Assembly: GCA_000993405.1 (NCBI GenBank)
Contig: LBWB01000002.1
Span: 1-57,294 of the forward strand
Reading direction: 5' to 3'
DNA from: Candidatus Woesebacteria bacterium GW2011_GWB1_39_12
Lineage (GTDB): Bacteria > Patescibacteriota > Microgenomatia > UBA8517
DNA length: 57,294 bases
The notes below the pieces were generated by a model, which was given only the letters and a program-made list of their open reading frames with translations, was not told the DNA's origin and made no database searches. Positions 20,452 to 29,680 of this stretch are shown in pieces. The position numbers and the translations under genes are program-made. Numbering within the stretch: position 1 is the stretch's first letter; every line of letters starts with the position of its first letter.

Positions 20452-20730
20452 ATGAAAAACATGAGAAGAATTGAAAAGAAGGCATGGTCGGAATTATTCG
20501 AAAAAGTCAGAACAGGCGAAAAAACGTTTGACTTAAGGTTAGACGACTTCAGATGTAAAGTAGGAGACATCCTAATTCTTCGTGAATGGAACCCAAAAGA
20601 GAAAAAATATACGGGTAGAGTTTTAGAGAGAAAAGTTACTTTTGTACTTAAATCGAAAGATGTTTTAAAGTTCTGGTCAGAAGAAGAAATTGCAAAACAC
20701 GGCTTTCAGGTAATTGCCTTTAAAAAATAG
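20452..20730 (+). CDS. ASCH/PUA-like (DUF3850-type) protein
   Basis: GEKTFDLRLDD...VGDILILREW...YTGR pattern. Confidence 0.7.
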   Translation: MKNMRRIEKKAWSELFEKVRTGEKTFDLRLDDFRCKVGDILILREWNPKEKKYTGRVLERKVTFVLKSKDVLKFWSEEEIAKHGFQVIAFKK

Positions 20731-20738
20731 TTTTCGCC

Positions 20739-21413
20739 ATGAATTACGATCAAGTCATTAGTAAATTAAAATCTTTGAAAAATCCCAAAAACGTCGAGGG
20801 GATGGCAAGGTTTGGAATAAACTCGAAAAATACTCTGGGGATTTCAATTTATGATCTTCGACCTCTTGCTAAACAAATAGGCAAAAACCACCAACTTGCT
20901 TTACAACTCTGGAAATCGAAAATTCATGAGGCACGAATCTTAGCTTCATACATTGAAGAACCTGAAAAAGTAACTGACTCTCAGTTGGAGAGTTGGGTTT
21001 CTGACTTTGACTCTTGGGACGTTGTTGACCAAGTTAGCGAACTCATTGCCAAAACACCATATGTAATCAAGAAAATCAAGGATTGGTCGAATCGGAAAAA
21101 GGAATTTGTCAAACGGGCCGCCTTTGCACTTATTGCCGAAATTGCATGGCATGACAAAACAATGAGAGATAGCGAGTTTGAACAATTCTTTCCCTTGATT
21201 AAAAAAGCGGCCACGGATGAGCGAAACTTTGTTAGAAAAGCTGTCAATTGGGCATTAAGAAATATTGGCAAACGCAATAAAACCCTAAACAAACAGGCTA
21301 TTGATGTGGCGAAGGAGTTGGCTGAATCCGAAGATAAAACTGCAAAATGGATTGCCAAAGATGCTCTTCGTGAATTAACAAGCGAAAAAATTCAAAACAG
21401 GCTAAAAACTTAA
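20739..21413 (+). CDS. AlkD-like DNA alkylation repair protein (HEAT-repeat)
   Basis: HEARILA, FDSWDVVD, DERNFVRKAVNWALRNIGKR. Confidence 0.85.
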   Translation: MNYDQVISKLKSLKNPKNVEGMARFGINSKNTLGISIYDLRPLAKQIGKNHQLALQLWKSKIHEARILASYIEEPEKVTDSQLESWVSDFDSWDVVDQVSELIAKTPYVIKKIKDWSNRKKEFVKRAAFALIAEIAWHDKTMRDSEFEQFFPLIKKAATDERNFVRKAVNWALRNIGKRNKTLNKQAIDVAKELAESEDKTAKWIAKDALRELTSEKIQNRLKT

Positions 21414-21446
21414 TTAATATATATTATTTAAGTAGCGCTATAAATC

Positions 21447-21986
21447 ATGAATTTTGTAAGCATTTTTTACACAATTCGATTTCTCTTTTATTTAATTCTT
21501 CCTGAGAAATATCGCTTTTTCCCAGACGCTGGAACTATTCTGATGCAAATGGATATTTTTTTGTCTTCTGTTGCAGGAATAATTATTGCCGGAACATTGA
21601 CAAGCTCCAAGATTAATCCACAAAGGGCTAAAAAATTACTTCTGATCCCTCCTTTAATTTTGGTATTACCGGGTTTTTTAGTCTTCCCATTTTTAGTTGT
21701 TAATCGACAATGGAGTGAGCTAGTGAAATCTTCAATTGGTATGTTCGACTTGCTTTTCTTCATGTATAGCATATCGTTTTCACTCCTTTTACCCTATCTA
21801 ATAATGAGTAGTTTCAAATCTTCAAAACAGGTCTTTTTATATTCGACCGTGATGCTTATTGTCGGTATGATAAGTGTAATTTGGATTAAACCTGGCAACA
21901 TATTTTTTGAATTTGTCCATAATGTTCCTTTCATACTTGCCTCTATATTAACTGGTAGAAATTTTAAAAAGGTTCGACGCCTTTAG
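21447..21986 (+). CDS. Hypothetical multi-pass membrane protein
   Basis: 179 aa, mostly hydrophobic segments. Confidence 0.55.
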   Translation: MNFVSIFYTIRFLFYLILPEKYRFFPDAGTILMQMDIFLSSVAGIIIAGTLTSSKINPQRAKKLLLIPPLILVLPGFLVFPFLVVNRQWSELVKSSIGMFDLLFFMYSISFSLLLPYLIMSSFKSSKQVFLYSTVMLIVGMISVIWIKPGNIFFEFVHNVPFILASILTGRNFKKVRRL

Positions 21987-22054
21987 AAGAAGAGGAATCT
22001 CTATATTCGCCTTGCAAGGAGAAATCTTTAAATACAGTTGTGCAATCTATTTTA

Positions 22055-22186
22055 TTACTTATCACTCCTGCAAAATAGTTTATACTCACAATTTTCGCAG
22101 AGCATACTGCCGGAGCATTTGAAGTCGCTCTCTTCGATTTGTTTTTTATAATCTTCAATCATTTTTTTTGCTTCTTCCAATTCTTC
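22055..22186 (-). pseudogene. Orphan duplicate 3' tail of the helicase-nuclease gene
   Basis: Translates to EELEEAKKMIEDYKKQIEESDFKCSGSMLCENCEYKLFCRSDK*, homologous to the C-terminus encoded at 22778-22912. Confidence 0.9.
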
Positions 22187-22340
22187 CTTTAGGTAGCATA
22201 AAATCTCCAAATTTCTTATCTCTTATAAAAGCAATAAATAACCTCTCCTTTTTCTTTCTAACAACCGCCCCACCCGCTGATACAGAAGTGGGGAAATTTT
22301 TGTCTTTTGGTTTAATATACCAACTTTCGTCAATTTTCAT
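22155..22340 (-). pseudogene. Truncated NUDIX hydrolase (5' part only)
   Basis: SAGGAVV...LPKGRI stops before the Nudix box; sequence switches to the helicase-tail duplicate at about 22186; GGAGG SD before ATG 22340. Confidence 0.8.
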
Positions 22341-22341
22341 A

Positions 22342-22764
22342 TTAAACATTCCTCCAAATCTTCCTGAGTTCTTTTAGAGCGCTTTGATAAGAACTACAAA
22401 ATAAATATGGAAAACTCGACAAATGCTTAGCCCTCTTCTCGAAATCAAAAATTTCTTTGTTTCTTTTAAGATATTTAAATTGCTCTCTGTTTGCTAAAAG
22501 TTCGCTCTCTAATCTTACTTTTGGAAAGATCCAATATCTTAATCCCTGTATCAACCAATTACCACTACTTATTTGCTCTAAATGAGTTCTTTCATGAATC
22601 AGTACACCCACACTTTCTGGTTTCGGTTTATCTTTATATAAATCATTGTATATATCCGGCCGAAGATATATTTTATTTGCAAAAACGAAACCTTTAAAAA
22701 TTTTGCTTAATGGAAAAACTGATTTTTTAATTTCGTATTTTGACTCTTTTATATAATTACTCAT
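22342..22764 (-). CDS. Hypothetical protein with HExxH zincin-like motif
   Basis: VLIHERTHLEQ. Confidence 0.6.
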   Translation of the reverse strand: MSNYIKESKYEIKKSVFPLSKIFKGFVFANKIYLRPDIYNDLYKDKPKPESVGVLIHERTHLEQISSGNWLIQGLRYWIFPKVRLESELLANREQFKYLKRNKEIFDFEKRAKHLSSFPYLFCSSYQSALKELRKIWRNV

Positions 22765-22777
22765 TTATTAACCATGT

Positions 22778-25693
22778 TTAATCACTTCTACAAAATAATT
22801 TATATTCACATTCTTGTTCATCGCAAAGGTAACCGTGCGAGCATTTAAAGTCCGATTCCTCAATTTGTTTTTTATAATCTTCAATCATTTTTCTTGCTTC
22901 TTCCAATTCTTCTTTCGTCCGAGTGGTTGTAACAATCTGTGGTGTATCAAAATACATTAAAGAAAGTTTTACTTTCTCGGGCTTTCTATCAAAAGGAAAC
23001 TCCAGTATCGATGTTGCGGCTAAACCATAAATAGAAAGCTGCAAATCTTTTTCCGCCTCGTTTTGAGATAGAGGAGTTGCGCCCGTTTTATAATCGATAA
23101 TTTCCAATTCATCACCATGAACATCAACCCTGTCAATTTTACCGCCAGCTCTTAGATTATTGAGTCGGATCATGAATGATTGCTCCAAAGCAACGGGCTT
23201 TATTTTCGGGTCAAAAAAATTGTCCAAATAATATTTTAAAAATCTTTTTGCTTTATCAAAAGAACTTTCCTCATGCGATTTACTTAGGTAACCTTCTCTG
23301 ATCCAGTTTTCTTCAAGAGTTTTATAGATTAAATCGACGGTTGGCTTTTGTCCCTGACCGATTTTCTCGTAAAAAGTTTTCATTGTTAGATGAAAAGAAT
23401 TACCAAAACTTTGTGAAGAAGTTGGTGGAGTCGGAAGCTTATAAATATATTTTAATTTAAAGTGAAGGGGACAAATTCGGAAGGTTTCAATTTGAGAATA
23501 GGAAAGATAATCAATGTGCAATGGTGTACGGTGTACGGTAATCGGTGTACTGACAGAGAGGGGCCGGTAATCCAAAAACGATAACTGTTCACTCTTTACT
23601 GTCGACTGTTCACTAGCAATTGCTTCCTCCCCCAGAGCTTCAAAAATAAACGGTGATAACTTTTTTTCGCGCTTTCCCTCTCCATAATAATCCGCTGCGG
23701 TAAAGAAAAGCTTGTCTTTTGCTCTCGTCATGCCGACATAAAAAAGTCTTCTTTCTTCTTGAAGATGAAAGTCACCTACAGGTAAAACTTCTTTGATAAG
23801 CTCATCCGGAATAGGGATTTGTTCCCTTCTTTCAATTGTCGGGAAGCGCTGCGACACAAGGTTTACTAAAAAAACAACGGGAAACTCGAGCCCTTTGGCA
23901 GAATGAACTGTTAAAATATTCACAGCGTTTTCTTTGGTCCAGTCAATGTCTGCTGCCAACGGAGATTCACCAAGCTCTGAAGAAAGTTCTATCCAATCAG
24001 TAACCGCTCCAATGGTAGCGTCTTCATGATCAACTTCATAAGTTTTTAACTTGTCAAAAAGTTTCGAAACATTTAACGCTCTTTTTTCTGCTTCCGGTGT
24101 ATCGGGGTTAAGAAGTTTTTGAATTAGCCCCGCATCTTCAAGAAAATAGTACAAGAGCTGCCCGGCGGTTTCTTTCTTAACTAGTTTTAGATGCTTTTCA
24201 ATTATCCCTATTATTTTTTTAACTTTTTCCTTCGTTTCATTACCTATGTAAATATCTTCTGTTTTTTCACACGCCTCAAAAAGGCTTAAGTTAAACCGTC
24301 TTGCATAATTTGCAATTCGTATCAGATCTTTCGCTTCTATACCAAAATAGTCAATCGATAAAACACGATAAAAAGAAACGGAGTCATCAAAGTCATTAAG
24401 CACTTTTAAATAAGAAAGTAGATCAATTATTTCCGGCTGCCTAAAAAGTCTTCCGGGTCCCAAAAACTGATAGGGGATATTGTGACGGGACAATGCCCGT
24501 ATAAAAGGTTCGGAATGATTATTTGCCCTGACTAAAATTGCAAAATCTTTCCATACATATTTTTCTTCGTCACTTAATCGCTTAATCACTTTAGCCACCT
24601 CCTCCGCCTCGTTTTCGACTCGGTCTTTATGAATGAAGATAACCTGCTCGCCGCCCTTGGGGTTTCTAACACTTACCAAATTTTTATCTATTCCCAATTT
24701 ATCTTCCAAAGTATCAGGTGCGTTGTGACGGATCAGTTTATAAGCCGGATCCAAAATTGCCTGTAGCGAGCGGTAGTTCCTGATTAAAATCACCGTTTTT
24801 ACATTTTTGTAATCTTTCTGAAAATACAAAATATTGGAAATGGCAGCTCCCCTAAATTTATATATTGACTGCGAGTCATCACCAACTACGGTAAGATTTA
24901 CTTTTTTTGATGGTGGCACAAGAAGTTTTAACAATTCATATTGTGCGACATTTGTATCCTGAAATTCATCAACCAATACATATTTAAACAGTTTTTTATA
25001 TTTTTCCAAAACATTCGGTCGCATTCTGAAAAGTTGCAGTACTTCAGTTATTAAATCTCCAAAATCCATCACCCCTTCCTTTACTTTCAGCTCTTCATAC
25101 TTCTTATATGCACTCGCTAATTCTTCCCATTTGTCTAATTCAATTACTTCTTCCTTGCTTTGCTCTTTGTTCTTTGCTCTTTGTTCTACCCAGCGAATAT
25201 ATTCGCTTGGGTTTATATCCTCGTCTTGAAGACGAGAAAAATGCTGAATCATCCCACCAATAAACTTTGTCGGGTTTCCTAGAGGTCTGAAATAATTAAG
25301 TTCAAATTTAAAAAGATTGTGGCGGATCAATTGGATAGTTTCCGCCTCAGTCATTAATTTATATCGGGGATCAATGCCTATGTTAAGGGAGGAGTCGCGT
25401 AAGACGCGATCGCAGAAAGAATGAAACGTCGAAATCCACATTTGGGTATAGCCATAGGGCATTGCCACATCAACCCTCTCTTCCATCTCCAAAGCTGCTT
25501 TCTCGGTAAAAGTTAGGGCTAAAATTTCCGAAGGTTTGGCTAAGTTCTTCTCTATCAGATACTTAATCCGCTCTGTTATAACGGTAGTCTTTCCGGTCCC
25601 CGCCCCCGCAATAATTAAAAGAGGCCCACTTTTGTGTCTAACCGCCAATACTTGTTCTTCGTTTAATTTTTTACCTGAAGCTTTTGCTGCCAC
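22778..25693 (-). CDS. UvrD-type helicase fused to a C-terminal PD-(D/E)XK nuclease (AddA/AdnAB-like)
   Basis: SF1 motifs (AGAGTGKT, VDEFQD, SAKGLEF); nuclease LSYSQI..CP, GKIDRVD, IIDYKTG; terminal Cys cluster consistent with an Fe-S ligand set. Confidence 0.88.
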   Translation of the reverse strand: MAAKASGKKLNEEQVLAVRHKSGPLLIIAGAGTGKTTVITERIKYLIEKNLAKPSEILALTFTEKAALEMEERVDVAMPYGYTQMWISTFHSFCDRVLRDSSLNIGIDPRYKLMTEAETIQLIRHNLFKFELNYFRPLGNPTKFIGGMIQHFSRLQDEDINPSEYIRWVEQRAKNKEQSKEEVIELDKWEELASAYKKYEELKVKEGVMDFGDLITEVLQLFRMRPNVLEKYKKLFKYVLVDEFQDTNVAQYELLKLLVPPSKKVNLTVVGDDSQSIYKFRGAAISNILYFQKDYKNVKTVILIRNYRSLQAILDPAYKLIRHNAPDTLEDKLGIDKNLVSVRNPKGGEQVIFIHKDRVENEAEEVAKVIKRLSDEEKYVWKDFAILVRANNHSEPFIRALSRHNIPYQFLGPGRLFRQPEIIDLLSYLKVLNDFDDSVSFYRVLSIDYFGIEAKDLIRIANYARRFNLSLFEACEKTEDIYIGNETKEKVKKIIGIIEKHLKLVKKETAGQLLYYFLEDAGLIQKLLNPDTPEAEKRALNVSKLFDKLKTYEVDHEDATIGAVTDWIELSSELGESPLAADIDWTKENAVNILTVHSAKGLEFPVVFLVNLVSQRFPTIERREQIPIPDELIKEVLPVGDFHLQEERRLFYVGMTRAKDKLFFTAADYYGEGKREKKLSPFIFEALGEEAIASEQSTVKSEQLSFLDYRPLSVSTPITVHRTPLHIDYLSYSQIETFRICPLHFKLKYIYKLPTPPTSSQSFGNSFHLTMKTFYEKIGQGQKPTVDLIYKTLEENWIREGYLSKSHEESSFDKAKRFLKYYLDNFFDPKIKPVALEQSFMIRLNNLRAGGKIDRVDVHGDELEIIDYKTGATPLSQNEAEKDLQLSIYGLAATSILEFPFDRKPEKVKLSLMYFDTPQIVTTTRTKEELEEARKMIEDYKKQIEESDFKCSHGYLCDEQECEYKLFCRSD

Positions 25694-25746
25694 GAAGCAA
25701 TTTTACCATTTTTCATTAATTTTATGGTCAGAATATCAAAATCAAT

Positions 25747-26313
25747 CTAAGCTTCTTGCTTGCCTTTTAATAAAGTTTCAACGACCTCCCTTGGTAAAGA
25801 CGCTGCCGAAAGAAGTGCGTTCTTTACGGTTTGTGCAGTCTCTCCTCCAACTTCATCTGCGACTTTTACTACTCCTAAAATTGCACCTTTTGCAGCATCA
25901 GTCGTATCTTGCCCGAGGTTACCTGCTGTTTCAATTGCCGCTTCAACTGCAGAAACGGCAACATTTGCCACATCTCCTCCGACTTCAGCTACTCCTTTTA
26001 CAGCACCGGATGCAGCTTGACTAACTGCCTCCATCACGTCTCCTCCGGCTTCAGCTACTCCACTTATTGCCGCACTCACCGAATTTTTGGCCACATCAAC
26101 AACCGAAACTCCAAGTTTTGAAGCACTATTTACAGCACCGGCAACGGTATCGGAAACAACACTCATTAAGGCTCCTGTTCCTTCGCTTACGTCTTTAAGA
26201 GATCCTAGAACCTGATTTTTTACAGCACCGCGAAGAGCTGATAAGACGTCATCTGTTCCTTTTACTGCGGAAACTAAAGTATTACTTATTTCCTCAACAA
26301 CTTTTGATAACAT
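25747..26313 (-). CDS. Ala/Val/Gly-rich helical repeat protein (22-aa period)
   Basis: Strong SD (AGGAGGTG); consecutive 22-residue units ending in G. Confidence 0.7.
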   Translation of the reverse strand: MLSKVVEEISNTLVSAVKGTDDVLSALRGAVKNQVLGSLKDVSEGTGALMSVVSDTVAGAVNSASKLGVSVVDVAKNSVSAAISGVAEAGGDVMEAVSQAASGAVKGVAEVGGDVANVAVSAVEAAIETAGNLGQDTTDAAKGAILGVVKVADEVGGETAQTVKNALLSAASLPREVVETLLKGKQEA

Positions 26314-26348
26314 TATTTCTCACCTCCTTTATATTCACTATACCATTT

Positions 26349-27326
26349 CTAGTCTTCAAGTTGTCTGATATTTTTTTCAGTCTTTTCTTCAAGGGATCGA
26401 GTAGAAGTAATTTTTTGACCAAGTTGAGTAAAGCTTGATAAAACACTGCTCATTGTATTAAAAGCATTAGTTAGGTGTTTCTGAAGAACAGAAAGGGTAT
26501 CACCAACTTTACCATAGTCTTTTTGAATTGCCCGAAGGGCAGCTAAAATTTCTCGAGCCTGGGCTTCTATTTTTTGGCCTTCAAAGCTCATTAAAATCGC
26601 CCGCATGAATGCATAAAAAGTTGTAGGGGACACAGGGAGTACTCTTTTCTCACCCGCATATTCAAAAAGATCTTGGTTATTTACAACCTCGTAATAAACG
26701 GCTTCGCTTGGAATATACATCAGTGCATAATCAATCGTCCCTTCCTCTGTCAGAATATATTTCCTGCTTATATCGGCTATGTGCTTTTTAACGTTCCCCT
26801 CAAATTCACGGGCATGCAACTTCTTTTCAGAATCATCTTTAGATCCGGACATCTTTCTGAAATTTTCCATCGGGAACTTTGAGTCGATGGGAATAATCCC
26901 AGCGGTTGTTTTTATTGCCGCGTCGACTTTCTCGCCCGATTTAAACGTATATTGCAAATGAAAAGATTGCTTTGGAAGCATTTGGGCTAACAGCTCTTTT
27001 AAAACTTGTTCTCCGATGTTTCCCCTAAGTTTTGGACTTTTTAAAAACTCCTGAAGCTCTTTCATTCCTCTGCCGATTTCACTCATTTCACCAATACTTC
27101 TTTGAACTTCTCCTATTACTCTTGCTGCATTGTCTAATCTCTCGTTAAAAGATTTACTCTGTTCGTTTAAACGAACATTTGTTGTTTTTAAATATTCTAA
27201 AAGTTCATCAGTTGGTTTTTGTTTTTCTAAAAGGGCTGATAGTCGTCTATTAATAAACAAGCCTAGAAGGAGCAGGCCTACCACTACAATTATAATTAAA
27301 ACTGTCGGATCCATATTAACTGTCAT
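26349..27326 (-). CDS. rmuC: RmuC family DNA recombination protein
   Basis: N-terminal TM, coiled coil, RGNIGE, PIDSKFP and DYALMYIPSEAVY motifs. Confidence 0.88.
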   Translation of the reverse strand: MTVNMDPTVLIIIVVVGLLLLGLFINRRLSALLEKQKPTDELLEYLKTTNVRLNEQSKSFNERLDNAARVIGEVQRSIGEMSEIGRGMKELQEFLKSPKLRGNIGEQVLKELLAQMLPKQSFHLQYTFKSGEKVDAAIKTTAGIIPIDSKFPMENFRKMSGSKDDSEKKLHAREFEGNVKKHIADISRKYILTEEGTIDYALMYIPSEAVYYEVVNNQDLFEYAGEKRVLPVSPTTFYAFMRAILMSFEGQKIEAQAREILAALRAIQKDYGKVGDTLSVLQKHLTNAFNTMSSVLSSFTQLGQKITSTRSLEEKTEKNIRQLED

Positions 27327-27348
27327 TTTACCATCCTACTAGTTTAGA

Positions 27349-27436
27349 AGCTATTTCAAAACTTCGCGATTACGCTCGGGTTTGAGCGCCTTACGGCGAG
27401 CTCGTAGCATCTCATTTCAAGGATTCGAAATGAGCT
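27349..27436. repeat. 88-bp intergenic element with terminal inverted repeats and GC-rich internal hairpins
   Basis: Ends agct-atttcaaa and ttcgaaatgagct; internal cgcc-ttac-ggcg and gctc...gagc stems. Confidence 0.6.
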
Positions 27437-27446
27437 GTAAAATGTA

Positions 27447-27791
27447 ATGAGGATGAAATTAAAACAAAAGAGAGAAAGAGAGGTTAAACTCCGTAAGAAT
27501 TTCTTTCCAACTTTATTGGTAATCATGGTCCTTTGGTTAACACAGGGTTCAGTAATTTATTTCGTTGATCCCGAGTCTTTTGGAGCGATACCTTTATTCT
27601 TCTTAATTCTTCTTTTCGCCCTTCTTTTTACAACTTCAACCCTCTTCGCGAATACGAGACGTGGTTTGACTATTACAATAGCAATTATTTTATTTCTAAT
27701 ACTAAGATCTTTTGGGGTAGGCAATATTATTAATTTCTTATTGATATTCGGTTTAGCGATAGTTTTTGAAATTTTTTACCAAAAAAAGTAA
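27447..27791 (+). CDS. Small membrane hypothetical protein
   Basis: Basic N-terminus followed by about 4 TM segments. Confidence 0.6.
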   Translation: MRMKLKQKREREVKLRKNFFPTLLVIMVLWLTQGSVIYFVDPESFGAIPLFFLILLFALLFTTSTLFANTRRGLTITIAIILFLILRSFGVGNIINFLLIFGLAIVFEIFYQKK

Positions 27792-27800
27792 AAATATCTA

Positions 27801-27828
27801 TTGACTTGACCGAGAGAATTGTTATACT
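27801..27828 (+). promoter_or_regulatory. Sigma70-type promoter with extended -10
   Basis: TTGACT-16 nt-TATACT with TG at the extended position. Confidence 0.5.
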
Positions 27829-27874
27829 GTTTCAAATCTTTACTTCAGTTAATTAAACTCCTGCCTTAATAGTT

Positions 27875-28228
27875 ATGAGAACATCGGAAAAAAGCCTAAA
27901 CACCTCTTTAAAGAAAGAAATCGAAACCGTCTTTATTCAAATAATTGCTGATCTTCGAGATTTAGGAGAGACAAAAGTTTTTTTGACCGATTTTCTCAAT
28001 GAGAGCGAGTATGAGTCTTTTGCCAAAAGACTCGCTATTGCCTATTGGCTCAAAAAAGGTAGGTCTTACAGCAATATCAAAGATAATCTAAAAGTCTCCA
28101 GTGCAACAATTGCCACTATTCAGAACATGATCACCAAACCGGGTTTTAAGCTCGCACTCAAGAAAATCGAGGCAGAAGAATGGGCAAACCAATGGGCGGA
28201 GAAAATCAAGAAGTTTGTAAAAAAATAG
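27875..28228 (+). CDS. TrpR-like YerC/YecD family HTH protein
   Basis: FLTDFL..SEY..FAKRLAIA..L..GRSY..I...L.VSSATI pattern. Confidence 0.75.
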   Translation: MRTSEKSLNTSLKKEIETVFIQIIADLRDLGETKVFLTDFLNESEYESFAKRLAIAYWLKKGRSYSNIKDNLKVSSATIATIQNMITKPGFKLALKKIEAEEWANQWAEKIKKFVKK

Positions 28229-28285
28229 CGCCTTCAGCTTAAAGAGATAGCTTCAAAACCTTCTTCGCTGTAAAATACAATTATC

Positions 28286-29680
28286 ATGAACAAAAAATTC
28301 TTTATTACCACTGCAATTGACTATACTAACGACGCAGTCCATATCGGTCATAGTTATCAAAAAATACTCGCCGATGCGATCGCCCGTTATCATCGATTAT
28401 TGGGAGAAGAAACTTATTTTTTGACTGGAACTGACGAACACGGCCAGAAAGTCGAAAAAAGTGCAATTGAAAAGGGAGTCGAACCCAAAAAATTCGTCGA
28501 CGAAATTGCGGCTGAGGACAAAGCCGAATGGGATGCACTCAATATTTCCTATGACCGCTTCATTAGAACCACCGACCCCGACCATATAAAATTTGCTCAA
28601 GAATTTTATTTAAAAGCAAAAACGAGCGGAGATATCTATCTTGGAAAGTATGAAGGATTATATTGTGAGGGTTGCGAAGCTTATTATGAAGAATCTGAAT
28701 TAGTCGACGGAAAATGTCCATTTCACCCCAACCGCGAACTCATAAAAATTTCAGAAGAAAACTACTTCTTTCGTCTATCAAAGTACCAAAACTTTTTGCA
28801 AAAATACATAGAGGGTCATCCTGAATTTGTAATTCCTGAAACCAAAAGAAGAGAAATCCTGAGTTTTATCAAAAATGGCTTAAGGGATTTTTCGGTAAGT
28901 AGACAAAGTGTCTCTTGGGGAATACCTGTTCCAGATGATCCAAAACACACAATTTATGTTTGGTTTGACGCTTTGATAAATTATTTAACATATGGCGTTG
29001 AGAAAAAAAGTTGGCCTGCTGACCTTCATGTATTAGGCAAGGACAACCAAAGATTTCATGCTATTTACTGGCCTGCGATGTTAAAAAGTGCAGGATACGA
29101 GCTTCCGAAAACAATTTTGGTTCACGATTTCATTAGTCTTAATGGTCAAAAGATAAGTAAATCTTTAGGAAATGTTATAAAACCATCGGAGTTAACTAAA
29201 GATTTTGGAGTAGACGGAGTTCGATATTATTTCTTGAGATTCGGACCTTCGACAAACGATGTCGACATATCTTTGGAAAAACTAAAAACAATATTTAACT
29301 CAGATCTTGCAAATGGTCTTGGGAATTTGGTCGCGCGCGTTGCCGGACTTTCTGAAAGATCAGAATTCACTACTTCTAAACCAAAAAAATTATCATTTAG
29401 TAAAGAGGTCGTAAAGGCAATTGAAAAATACGAAGTTGATAAAGCACTTGAACTTATTTGGGGAGAAATTAAAAAAGCCGACGTTTTTATCAACGAAAGA
29501 GGAGTATGGAACCTCAAAGGGAAACAAAAAGAAGCAGCGCTTACCTATTTAATTAATCGAATTAGACAAGTTGCATCTGATTTAAAGCCATTTCTACCTG
29601 AAACCGCAGAAAAAATTGAAAAACAATTTAAAGGTCCAAAAATAAAATCCGAAAAACCCCTTTTTCCCAGATTAGATTAA
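28286..29680 (+). CDS. metG: Methionine--tRNA ligase (short form, no C-terminal tRNA-binding domain)
   Basis: HIGH, GTDEHG, Zn-knuckle CEGCE, YVWFDAL and KISKS motifs. Confidence 0.92.
   Translation: MNKKFFITTAIDYTNDAVHIGHSYQKILADAIARYHRLLGEETYFLTGTDEHGQKVEKSAIEKGVEPKKFVDEIAAEDKAEWDALNISYDRFIRTTDPDHIKFAQEFYLKAKTSGDIYLGKYEGLYCEGCEAYYEESELVDGKCPFHPNRELIKISEENYFFRLSKYQNFLQKYIEGHPEFVIPETKRREILSFIKNGLRDFSVSRQSVSWGIPVPDDPKHTIYVWFDALINYLTYGVEKKSWPADLHVLGKDNQRFHAIYWPAMLKSAGYELPKTILVHDFISLNGQKISKSLGNVIKPSELTKDFGVDGVRYYFLRFGPSTNDVDISLEKLKTIFNSDLANGLGNLVARVAGLSERSEFTTSKPKKLSFSKEVVKAIEKYEVDKALELIWGEIKKADVFINERGVWNLKGKQKEAALTYLINRIRQVASDLKPFLPETAEKIEKQFKGPKIKSEKPLFPRLD

Noticed and set aside
22055-22912. 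Diversity-generating retroelement TR/VR pair
   Set aside because: Differences between the two tail copies are not adenine-specific, are mostly synonymous and include a codon indel; no reverse transcriptase nearby
25536-26121. Plus-strand ORFs 25536-26024, 25760-26020 and 25909-26121
   Set aside because: Antisense shadows of the repeat protein and helicase genes; the same applies to most short ORF-track entries overlapping longer genes on the opposite strand or in another frame
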